Below, one piece after another: positions 53,313 through 64,000 of a DNA stretch of 64,000 bases. The stretch is taken from assembly GCA_964016885.1 (NCBI GenBank), contig OZ024742.1, positions 55,862,001-55,926,000 of the forward strand, written 5' to 3'. This stretch comes from Eledone cirrhosa (Eukaryota). The notes under the pieces are model-generated. The model was not told the DNA's origin and did no database searches. It worked only from the letters and a program-made list of their open reading frames with translations. Made by a program: the position numbers and the translations under genes. Each line of letters opens with the position of its first letter. The first letter of the stretch is position 1.

Positions 53313-55200
53313 TCACGGAGGTTTGAATCTTATGAATTCAGTGGCTATTCTATGTCTGCAGAAGATAGATCTTTCTAACTTATTGTTAAGTAGCCTTTTT
53401 ACATTTTTAAGGATATACAATAGCTCAAGATCACATAGCCCGCAGTGGGACATCCCTGTACTATAGGTTTTAGCAGCCGACAACTTCGACCAGTTGATAC
53501 TGTAGTTAGTGTTGCTGTCCTTCAATTCCCATATTTTTTTGGCGAGGGTTGTGGAACCCATAAGTGCACGGTTTTTCATTGAGTGTCTGTGCACATAACA
53601 TCTTTTTTTAAAAGAACCCGCGGTGGATCCTATGTAATTCCAGGTGGAGTTACCCGAGATGACCGTGCACATGTACACCAGGCTCGAATCGAGACATCTG
53701 TTCGCCAATGGGCACCTATCTGGGAGGTGACAGTTACAGTTTGAGGCGCTATTTTGTGCAGCTTTTACATTCCTGTTTAGTACTCTGTTATAAGTGGGTT
53801 GTGATATACGCCCAATGGGGTTTTGCTGCTGCGCGTTTGTATGCGCTTGTGGCTGTGATGTTGTGATGTGCTTGTGCTTATGTATAGGTGCAGTTGATTT
53901 ACTAGAGATATTTCTGTGGTTGATCTTGCGTATGTGTGATTCTATGTTAGCTGCTGTTGAGAATGAGAGTTTTATAGTAGATCTATTGAGTATTTTGTGA
54001 TATCTATGCGAGATAGGGAAGTGTTTATCTATTAGTTTAAAGAATGTAGAGGGCAGTCTAGTTTTTATAGAGGAGTTGAATATTAGGTTGAACCATAGGT
54101 ATTTTCTTTGTCTGTTTCTTCTATTGTTTCTTGGGTTTACGTTATTAGTGTTTTGGCCGTTTACTCCAGGTGTTACGTATCTAACCCTATGTCTAGTCAA
54201 GCTATTCCTATTATTATGTGAGCGGTTGGAGTAGTAATTACTAGGATTGTTTACGTTGTCTTTATTCACTATATACTGCAGTTTATCTTTATGACCGGCC
54301 CTACGTAATGCTGCATTATAATAGTCAGCATGCTCGTTAAAGATTTCTAGGTTTGAGGATGAGCGGGATATTCGGAGGGATATACTACGTGCTATGGATC
54401 TAATTATGGATTTGGGGTGATTTGAGTTGTAACTAATGTAGGCAAGATTTTCATTATTTTTGTGGAAAGGTTCTATTAATCCAGTATTTAGATTTAGAGT
54501 TACATCTAGAAAATTTACCTTCTTATGGTTTAGTTCGTAGGTAATACTTAGGCCTAGTTTTTTGAAGAATATTCTAATATTTTTTCTTAGTCTTTCCATG
54601 CTCTGGTTGTTTAAGTTCCTAGCTATAAGTAACGTGTCGTCCCTATAAATTCCTCCTTGGAGGTTACTGAATTCCTTATGTAGGTTGTGTGCTAAGAATA
54701 GCCCCACGATATCTGTGATTTGCGTAGAATCATTTGATCCCATTGTTATATCGAAGCTATTTATTCTATCCTTTCTTACCCAGTAGCTATTTTCAAATGT
54801 TATGATAGTCCTTCTAGCCGCTATTATTATTTCAATTTCATCATGGGTAAGATCAGAGTTATTTTGGGCAAATATAAGCGCCCTATCTAGGGTAGCTGGG
54901 GATATGGATGCCTAATAGTCGTCTATATCAAATTGTATGAAGTTACACGTCTCCCTATTTTGTATTTTATTGAACCATTTAATTGCCTCGTTAGTGTTGC
55001 CCCATAAATTGATTTCTAGTTTACCCTTTATTTGTGCGATTACCCTATCTAGAATGTTCTTGCTAATTTTACCTATGTCTGACTTGGATGGGCATATTAA
55101 TCTAATGGTGGGATTAGTTTCAAAGTTATTTTTGTGATCCTTCAGGTTAAATGTTGGGTTGCACGGGGTTAGCGCTTCGGTCCTATCTGAAATTCTATAC
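53313..55200 (-). pseudogene. PLE reverse transcriptase plus GIY-YIG endonuclease; 5'-truncated, one in-frame stop at 54912-54914
   Basis: LKDHKNNF..RLICPSKSDIGKISK; QFDIDDY*; TMGSNDSTQITD; GIYRDD; VNFLDVTLNL; SNHPKSI; CNC..CPLANRCL; VYMC..YIGST; CGLCDLE. ORFs 54912-55226 and 53313-54743 are in frame. Confidence 0.93.
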
Positions 55201-55428
55201 CACATAATTGTCTGTAAGTACCTCATCTACCAACAAACTTATTCCTTCTCAGCTGCTGCCATCATTTGATCCTAAATCCTAGTTTTTCTCAAATCACTAC
55301 TACAATGTAACTTTACCTTCTTTTTGCCATAATTACAATTAGCACGCTTATCTCTTTGCATGTATGTATATTTTTGTACGAGTGTATATTGATGTGTATG
55401 TATGTGTCTATGTACACATGCATGTGTA

Positions 55429-55534
<106 letters not shown>

Positions 55535-55928
55535 TGTGTGTGTGCGTAAATATATGCGTATATTACTTCGTTAACCTCTGTATTAACTCAACAACTATTT
55601 AGCTTTGACAATGTTGTCCCACTCATGTATACTATTGAAGATGAAGAGAAAGACTGTAAACACTAGCTTATCTTTAAAATTTAAAATTGATATACACTTC
55701 GATACTCTGTACATGCCAAACGCTTTCTTTTGCCTCATGACAGCTAGTTTTACACGCCGTAACGTTAGATACATTATATACCCCCCCACCTAAGTAATGT
55801 CAGGGTCTCCTTAAATAATTTATTGATAGCATTGTTGTAATTGTTGTTATTGTTCTAATTGAATGCCATTACTACTTCATATAGTAGCCTGTATATTCTT
55901 TTCTTGCCTGTGAATTTTCTTCATTCTC

Positions 55929-56043
55929 GCATGCTCCGAAGATATGACTGTTTATAATTTTGTATTGGCGATCGAGTAACGCGAAAATAAGCGAATAGCG
56001 ATCTCTAGACCTACCAGCTCAGTGAAACAAATGTAAGCTATGT
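55929..56043 (+). ncRNA. Hammerhead copy in the inverted pLTR
   Basis: Reverse complement of 52380-52494 with a few substitutions. Confidence 0.6.
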
Positions 56044-56089
56044 GATTAAAACTTTTTTGTATAGCAAACCATGTCAACCTTCTTTCCTG

Positions 56090-56124
<35 letters not shown>

Positions 56125-56128
<4 letters not shown>

Positions 56129-56846
56129 AAAAATAGAGGTGTAACACACAAGTTATGATATATTGGTAAATGGAAAAGGAAATGCTGACAAATTGTTCAC
56201 AGTGAAAAATAGTTTAATTAAGAATAAGTGAGAATTAGTAATAGTATTGGTTAGTATTCAGTTTTGGTTTTAAGTTTTACCGGTTGCGCATTTCTAATGC
56301 TTTTCAGAAATAAATTTGAGATAGAGCGTCCGTGATGTTTGCTCTAATCTGATTAGATTTGGAAATTCTACCTGTTTTTATGTGAAAAAAAGTGGTTCCA
56401 GCTGTATCAAGATAAGTTTCGCGCCAATTCGTGTTGCAAAAATTCTTGTGGTCAAAATAATTTTGATTGGTCGGTAGTGGTCATGTGAATGTTAAAAATT
56501 GATTTTGCGCCAAATGTAGGTTTGTGTCGGCTGATTGATAAGTCACTGAAAAATAAGTCTTTCAAAACAAATATGTGTGTGTGTGTGTGTGTGTGTGTGT
56601 AGTAGTAGTAGTAAAGGGGTTTGTTGTTGTGATAATGGTCAGCAGGGATGTGTGTGCGAACCGCAGCCTGTTGACAGTTCAAATGCCTATTAAGACAAGT
56701 GTGTGTGTGGGGGGGGCGTGTGTGTGTGTGTGTGTGTAGCAGAGTAATTCGTGGTAGAGGGATCGTCAGTAGGAATGTGTCTGTAAGTGTGTGTGGGATA
56801 TTTTAACATGTCAAAAGATATTTTTCAGCTCTTGTCTTATACGGGG

Positions 56847-56880
<34 letters not shown>

Positions 56881-56921
56881 CTCTCTTTGTATGTTAATAT
56901 ACGCGTGTGTATGTGTGTGTT

Positions 56922-56955
<34 letters not shown>

Positions 56956-59325
56956 AGAATGTCTGTGTGTGTGTGTGTGGGTGGACCAGCATTTATTTTT
57001 GTGATATTGGTAAAATGGTGTACATTATTCAATATTTTCAGTAAAAACGATTCTCTCAATAGTGTGAAATGATATATAGTATTGGCATAATACCAAGGTG
57101 TGTGTGAGTGTCCACATTGTACATATTGCAAAGGGAATCCATTAGGCCTTGCCGTATTGGAATACTTGTGTACAAATATGTATGTGCCCATCAGTGTGCA
57201 ATGCATGTGTGCGTTTATGTATGTGTGTGTGTCGGCACGTTTATATCTATAGACATCAAAAGGTATGGAAATTTGTGTATATTTGTGTTGCACCATAGAA
57301 CATGTGTGTTTACGTATGTTATTGTGTTTATATGTGGATAGAGATGTATGCTCATGTAGGTTTGCATGTTGGCGTGTGTATGTTGTGGGTTCGTCTTAGG
57401 GAGAAGTGTTTAGACGGGGTCCGTATTTGTTAATAAAGTAAGATTCCTTGCTGATGTGCTGGGTGTGGGTGGCATTATCTTTAAATTTGTAGGGGGGAAA
57501 GATTCTGAAGTTCGGATGATTTTGGGCGGCACAGGTATCAATGTGTTCACTCAGTGCTATTTCCTGTATTCCCGTATTTTAATTTGGGATCTATGGACAG
57601 TCATGCGTTGGCGGAGGCTGTTTTTAGTCTGGCCTATGTATTGTTCTCGACAACCTGAGCAAGTTAATACATATATTAGATTTTCTGATGCGCATGTGAA
57701 ATTGTGTTTTACTATATAACGTTGACCTTCTTTGAAATAGAATTCCGAACCCTCTATTAGGTTGATGCATATGCCACAGTTGGGTCTATCGCATTTTTTA
57801 CTGTGGGTTTCGTTGGGTGGTTGGCAATACTTTAACATGTGTTAGGATGTTTTGCATTGACTTACATTGTCTTTTGCTCTTTATAATATCGTGTGTTCGT
57901 AGGATTTGGTTCATTCTATGGTTCTTTTTCAACACAGGGATGTTCTGAAGGATGGTGTCAAAGGCCTCATTGTTGAGGGGTTCTGTGTGGAGATGTATGG
58001 AAGAGCTTTTAGTTTCGGTTGATTTACTTTAGGGTGTCTAAGGTCCTGGGTACTGAATTTTAGGGCACGTTGGATTCCATTGCCAATTAGTGATTCAGGG
58101 TAGTCCCTGCCTATGAATGTGTCCTTTAGTTCTTGTAGCCGAGAGTAGCAGGTGTTTTTATTGGAGACTATAGTACAGATTCTCTTGGCTAAGTTGTAGG
58201 GAATGTTAATTTTAACGTGTCTAGGGTGGCAAGAGTTGAAAGTAAGATATTGTTTGGAGTCTGTGGGCTTGTAGTGTATGTCTGTTTCTATTTTTTGTTA
58301 TGGCTCTTAATGAGGATGTCGAGGAAGGGCAGTTGTTGATGGCTGTATTCCATCGTGAAGTTAATATTCGTGTTGAGCCCATTTATAAGGGTGTAAAATT
58401 CTTTAAGTTCCTCGATGTTTTCGTGCCAAAGGATGAAGCAGTCATCTAGATATCGCTTCCAGTTCCTTTCTATGTGTACGTGGAGAGTGTTTCCAAATTT
58501 GTTTAGGACTTTAGTGTAGAGGGTGATTTCCAGGTATCCCATGACTAGGTTGGCATAAGTGGGGGATGTTTTCGTTCCCATAGCGGTCCCAGATTTCTGC
58601 CTGTAGGGTTTGTTATTGAAAACGAAGTAATTGTTCTCAAAGATAAATTTGAGTCCCTCTATCACGAATTCTTTTTTGATGCGTTGTGGGAGTTCATTGT
58701 GGTAATTATCCAGCCAGAATTGGATAGCTTCTATTCCTAGGTTGTGGGGGATGTTGGAGTATAGTTTGACTACATCGAACGTCACTAGTAGGTTTTGTTC
58801 AGAAAGGGGCATATTGGGGAGGTGATTGAGCATATCTAGGTCGTCCCTTCACACACATCCCTGCTGACCATTATCACAACAACGAACCTCTTTACTGCTA
58901 CTACTACACACACACACACATATTTGTTTTGAAAGACTTATTTTTCAGTGACTTCTCAATCAGCCGACACAAACCTACATTTGCGCAAAATCAATTTTTA
59001 ACATTCACATGACCTCTACCGACAAATCAAAATTGTTTTGACCACAAGAATTTTTGCAACACGAATTGGCGCGAAACTTATCTTAATACCGCTGGAGCCA
59101 CTTTTTTCACATAAAAACAGGTAGAATTTCCAAATCTAATCAGATTAGAGCAAACATCACGGACGCTCTATCTCAAAATTATTTTTGAAAAGCATTACAA
59201 ATGCGCAACCGGTAAAACTTAAAACCAAAACTGAATGCTAACCAATACTATTACTAATTCTCACTTATTCCTAAATAAACTATTTTTCACTGTGAACAAT
59301 TTGTCAGCATTTTCTTTTCCATTTA

Positions 59326-59330
<5 letters not shown>
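56125..59330 (-). mobile_element. 5'-truncated Neptune-like PLE with an inverted pLTR (58848-59330)
   Basis: Degenerate RT-EN at 57395-58846; 56160-56657 is the reverse complement of 58850-59330. Confidence 0.92.
57395..58846 (-). pseudogene. Neptune-like RT, Zn-finger linker and GIY-YIG, frameshifted
   Basis: LVTFDVVKLYSNIP; QKSGTAMGTKTSPTYANL; WKRYLDD; LPFLDI; CDRPNCGIC; NLIYVLTCSGCREQYIGQT..LRQRMTVH. Confidence 0.92.
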
Positions 59331-59394
<64 letters not shown>

Positions 59395-60027
59395 TTAAAA
59401 CAATAGAGGTGTGACACACGAGTTGTGATATATTAGTAAAAAGGAAAAGAAAATGATGACTAATTTTTCCAAGTGAAAAATACTTTAATTAGTAATAAGT
59501 ATTAGTTATTATTCAGTTTTAGTTTTAACTTTTTACCGGTTGCTCGTGATTTTAGCTCTAATCTTATCAGTTTTGGAAATTCTTCCTGTTTTACGTGAAA
59601 AAAGTGTATTCGGAGGTATTAAGATTTGGTTGGTTGTTGAATGTCACGTGAATAAGCACTATAAAAATCGCGCCAATTCGTGTTGCAAAAATTCTTGTAG
59701 TCAAAACAATTTTGATTGGTCGGTAAAAGTCACGTGAATGTTTCAATTCATTTTGGCGCCAACTTGTTTCGCGCAAAATGTAGGTTTGTTGAAGAGTGTC
59801 CTATTCCGCTTGATTGAGTTGCAGTCATGTTGAGAGGTCACCAGTTTAGGTGTCTATTAAGACATATATGTGTGTTTGTGTGTGTGTACCAAAGTGGTTG
59901 ATTGTTGTGATAATGGAAACGATTCGGTCAGTAGGAATGTGTGTGTACGTGTGTGAGTTACAGTCATGTTGAGAGGGCAACAGTTCAGGTGCCTATTAAG
60001 AAATATATATGTGTGTGTCTGTGTGTA

Positions 60028-60127
<100 letters not shown>

Positions 60128-60433
60128 AAAGTGGTTCATTGTTCTGATAATGGAAATAAATCGGTCAGTAGGAATTTGTGTATACGTGGTGTGGGTGTAT
60201 GGGGGAGGTGGTTATTTTAACATGTTGAAACGTTTTTCAGCTCTTGTCTAATACGGAAAAGTGTTTGTGTGCGTATATATGTCTCTCTGTATGTTAGTGT
60301 ACGCGTGTGCATGCGCGTGTGTATGAGGGTGTGGATGGACCAGTATTTTTGTGGTACTGGTAAAAATGGCGTACATTATTCGATATTTTCAGTCATTTAC
60401 GAAAACGATTCCCTCAAAAGAACATCAATAACA

Positions 60434-61352
60434 TCTATATACATAAAACTGAGGATGTCTGTCTGTGTGTGTGAGTTTGAATTCCTAAAACTCGAGCAGT
60501 ACCCAACCGACAGTTTTCAAACTTTACACATGTAATACTTATGTTTCAGGGAGTGTTCTGAGCACAAAGAACTTCAAATTGTCAATGACCTAGGGACCGC
60601 ATTAGGCGATTTAGCGATCTCTCTCTATAATTCTTAGTCTTTCTCTTTTTAGATAGATACATACATATAACGTCGAGCCCTTATAATATCTGACTGTATG
60701 TCTGGCTGTCTGCATTACGTCGATTCCCTGAGGATGACTATCTCCGTGTGTGTGTCTGTGTGTGTCTGTGAGTTTGAATCCCTAAAACTCGAGAAGTACC
60801 AACCGATTTTTTTCAACCTTTACCTGTGTATTACTTATGTTTCGGGGAGTGCTATGCACCTAAAAAATTCAGCTTTTTGATCTCCTAGGGCCCGCATTAG
60901 GTGAAAAACTGTGTTTTTAAAGCTTTTTATGGTTTTTTTGAGGCGTTACCTCAGACCGATTTCCTTGAAATTGTACTATGTATTAGTCAGTCTCTTCTTC
61001 ATACTTTGAGCAAAGAAAATCCAACTTTTTTATGGTCTAGGGCCCGCATTAGATGAAGAACTTCATTTTTTCAGCTTTATAGGGCTTTTTGGAGGCGTTA
61101 CGTCTAGCCGATTTTCCTGAAATTTCAAGGCATATTATGCACATTAAAAAAATTTATTTTATGATCCCCTAGGTGAAAACCTGCATTTTTCCTGCTTCAT
61201 CGAGGAAAATCTTAAAGATTATCCAGCCATCAGAGTATTCGGTTTATTTTCTTTACATATTGTCCATGCATGCAGTTTTTCCACGATTAGGTCTGTTGGC
61301 GGCCCGCGTTCCAAAATACCTTATCCCGTGCAACGCCGGGTACCACTGCTAG
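60434..61352 (+). mobile_element. Non-autonomous Helitron inserted in the Neptune-like 3' UTR
   Basis: 5' TC(TATATAC), 3' hairpin cccgtgcaacgccggg plus CTAG, inserted between A and T with no target duplication. The empty site aataaca|tcaataat is seen in the 13.6-kb paralogue. Confidence 0.9.
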
Positions 61353-61707
61353 TCAATAATAAATTAGGTGAAATGATGTATAGTATTATCATAACAACAA
61401 GGCGTGCGTGGGCCCAGATTGTACGTAGTGCAAGGGGAATCCATTAGTCCCTGCTGTATGGGATACTTGTGTACAAATATGTATGGACCCATCAATGTAC
61501 AATACATGTGTGCGTATGTGTATATGTGCGTGTCGGCACGTGTATATCTATAAACATCAAAAGGTGTGCGAATTTGTGTATATTTGTGTTGCCTCAACTA
61601 ACATGTGGGTTTACGTATGTCATTGTGTTTATATGTAGATAGAAATGTATGTAGGATGTATTCTGATGTAAGTATGTATGTCAACGTGTGTATGTTGTGG
61701 GTTCGTC

Positions 61708-63690
61708 TTAGGAAGAAGTGTTTAGACGGGGTCCGTATTTGTTAATAAATTGAGATTTCTTGCTGATACGCTGGGTGTGGGTGGCATTATCTTTAAATTT
61801 GTAGAGGGGAAAGATTCTAAAGTTGGGATCATTTTGGGCGTTACAGGTATCAATGTGTTCACTCAGTGCTATTTTTCTGTATTCCCGTATTTTAATTTGG
61901 GATATATGGACAGTCATGCGTTGGCGGTGGCTGTTTTTGGTCTGGCCTATGTATTGTTCTCGACAACCTGAGCAAGTTAATACATATATTAAATTTTCTG
62001 ATGCGCATGTGAAATTGTTTTTTACTATAAAACGTTATCCTTATTTGAAATAGAATTCCGAACCCTCTATTAGGTTGATGCATATACCACAGTTGGGTCT
62101 ATCGCATTCTTTTACTGTGGGTTTCGTTGTAGTGGTTGGCAGTACTTTGGCAAGTGTTAGGATGTTTTGCATTGACTTAGATTGTCTTTTGCTCTTTATG
62201 ACATCGTGTGTTCGAAGGATTTGGTTCATTCTATGGTCCTTTTTTAATACATGGATGTTCTGGAGGATGTTGTCAAAGGCCTCTTTGTTGAGGGGGTTGT
62301 GTGTGGAGAGTATAGAATACCTTTTAGTTTCGGTTTATTAACTTTAGGGAGTTTAAGCTCCTGGGTACTGAGTTTTAGGGCTCGCTGGATTCCATTGTCA
62401 ATTAGTGATGCAGGGAAGTCCCTACTTATGAGTGTGTCCTTTAGTTCTTGTAGACGTAAGTAACAGGTGTTTTTATTGGAGACTATAGTACAGATTCTCT
62501 TGGCTAAGTTGTAGGGAATATTAATTTTAACGTGTCTAGGGTGGCATGAATTGAAAGGAAGATGTTGCTTGGAGTCTGTGGGCTTGTAGTATATGTCTGT
62601 TTCTATTTTTTGGTTATGAATCTCAATGAGGATGTCGAGGAAGGGGAGTTGTTGGTGGCTGTATTCCATAGTAAAATTAATATTCGTGTTGAGCCCATTT
62701 ATAAGGGTGTGAAATTCTTTAAGTTTCTCGATGTTTTCATGCCAAAGGATGAAGCAACCATCTAGATATCACTTCCAGTTATTTTCTATGTGTAAGTGGA
62801 GAGTGTTTTCAAATTTGTTTAGTACTTTAGTGTAGAGGGTGATTTCCAGGTATCCCATGACTAGGTTGGCATAAGTGGGGGACGTTTTCGTTCCCATAGT
62901 GGTCCAAGATTTCTGCCTGTAGAATTTGTTATTGAAAACGAAGTAATTATTCTCCAAGATAAATTTGAGTCTTATCACGAATTGTTTTTGATGCGTTGTG
63001 GTAGTTCATTGGGGTAATTATCCAGCCAGAATTGGATAGCTTCTATTCCTAGGTTGTGGGGGATGTTGGAGTGTAGGTTGACTACATCGAACGTCACAAG
63101 CAGGGATTTTTCAGTAAGGGGTATATTAGGGTAGTGGTTGAGCATATCTAGGTCGTCCCTTGTGTAGCTTTTAATGTGTTTGAGAAAAGGCTTGAGAAGG
63201 GCATCAATGAAGTTGCTAAGGCGGTGGGTTTCGCAAGCGGGGCCTGCTATTATAGGTCTTAATTTGAGATCATTGGGTGAGGGGACATTGATGACTATGT
63301 ATGTGGCTTCCTTCCATGCCTTACTTATTAATTCGCTTTTATGTACTTTAAGGATACCGTAGAAAAAGCTGGATTTACTTGTGAAGTCTGTGAAGCTGAA
63401 TTCCTTGTTAGTGAGTTCTTCTTTGTATGGGTTGTTCAGAGTTTTAGGTTTCTTATAATTTTCTGTTGATTGTAGTGTTCAGCCTTTTCGTAGTATGTTT
63501 CGTTTTCCAGAGTATAGAGCGCTAAGTTGATATAGAATTCTGTCTCCATTAGGACTAGTGCACTCTCTTTATCAGCCTCTTTAATTGTAATAGTTCTGTC
63601 GGTTTTTATTCTATTTAATTCTTCCCATTCTTTCTTGTTGGGCTTTGGCGTGTGTTTTTGTCTGTGCAAGTGTTGGTAAGGGAAGTTTGT
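61708..63690 (-). pseudogene. Neptune-like RT-GIY-YIG, fragmented
   Basis: ORF pieces 63436-63693, 62769-62978, 62244-62669, 62041-62229 and 61708-61917 are colinear with the 57-58 kb copy. Confidence 0.9.
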
Positions 63691-64000
63691 CATGTTCTTT
63701 TGAGAGAATCGTTTTTGAAATTGACTGAAAATATCGAATAATGTACGCTATTTTTACCAGTACCACAAACATATTGGTCCATTCACACACACATGTGCTC
63801 ATGCACAGGCGTACACTAACATTCAGACAGACATATACACACACACACTTCACCGTATAAGACAAGAGCTAAAAAATATGTTTCAACATCTTAAAATAAA
63901 CCCCGCCAACACACACAGGTACACACACATTCCTACTGACCGATTCATTATCACAACAATGAACCACTTTGCTACACACACACACACACATATTTGTCTT

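Noticed and set aside
54912-54914. In-frame stop as possible recoding, by analogy to selenoprotein-encoding Naiad PLEs
   Set aside because: The codon is TAG at a probable Tyr position, not TGA at a Cys position; a simple nonsense mutation is more likely.

Overview
This is an AT-rich, microsatellite-dense animal window. The Nin-domain SINEs and overall repeat spectrum suggest a cephalopod such as octopus (inference). I found no recognisable host gene; nearly everything interpretable is transposon-derived. Penelope-like retroelements (PLEs) dominate. Hydra-clade-like copies (RT with YRDD plus a C-terminal GIY-YIG with CNC..CPL..CL and CxLCLxE) lie at ~0.6-2.4, 19-20.2, 21.7-25.4, 31.8-32.7, 34.4-37.3 and 52.2-56.1 kb. 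Neptune-like copies lie at 7.3-8.6, 12.9-14.2, 56.1-59.3 and 59.4-64 kb. Also present are RTE, CRE and R4/Dong LINE remnants, SINEs and a clean non-autonomous Helitron. Two window-wide signals stand out. (1) About 15-20 type I hammerhead ribozyme motifs occur, with canonical and variant cores, 81-93 nt stem II insertions and one 495-bp tandem retrozyme-like array. (2) About ten insertions from different families share one architecture: an inverted repeat inside (TA)n in which one arm carries a 3' tail and the other stops at an internal AT-rich motif fused to (TA)n, as expected from twin priming on a TA target. All coordinates and pairings were read by eye; no searches were run.
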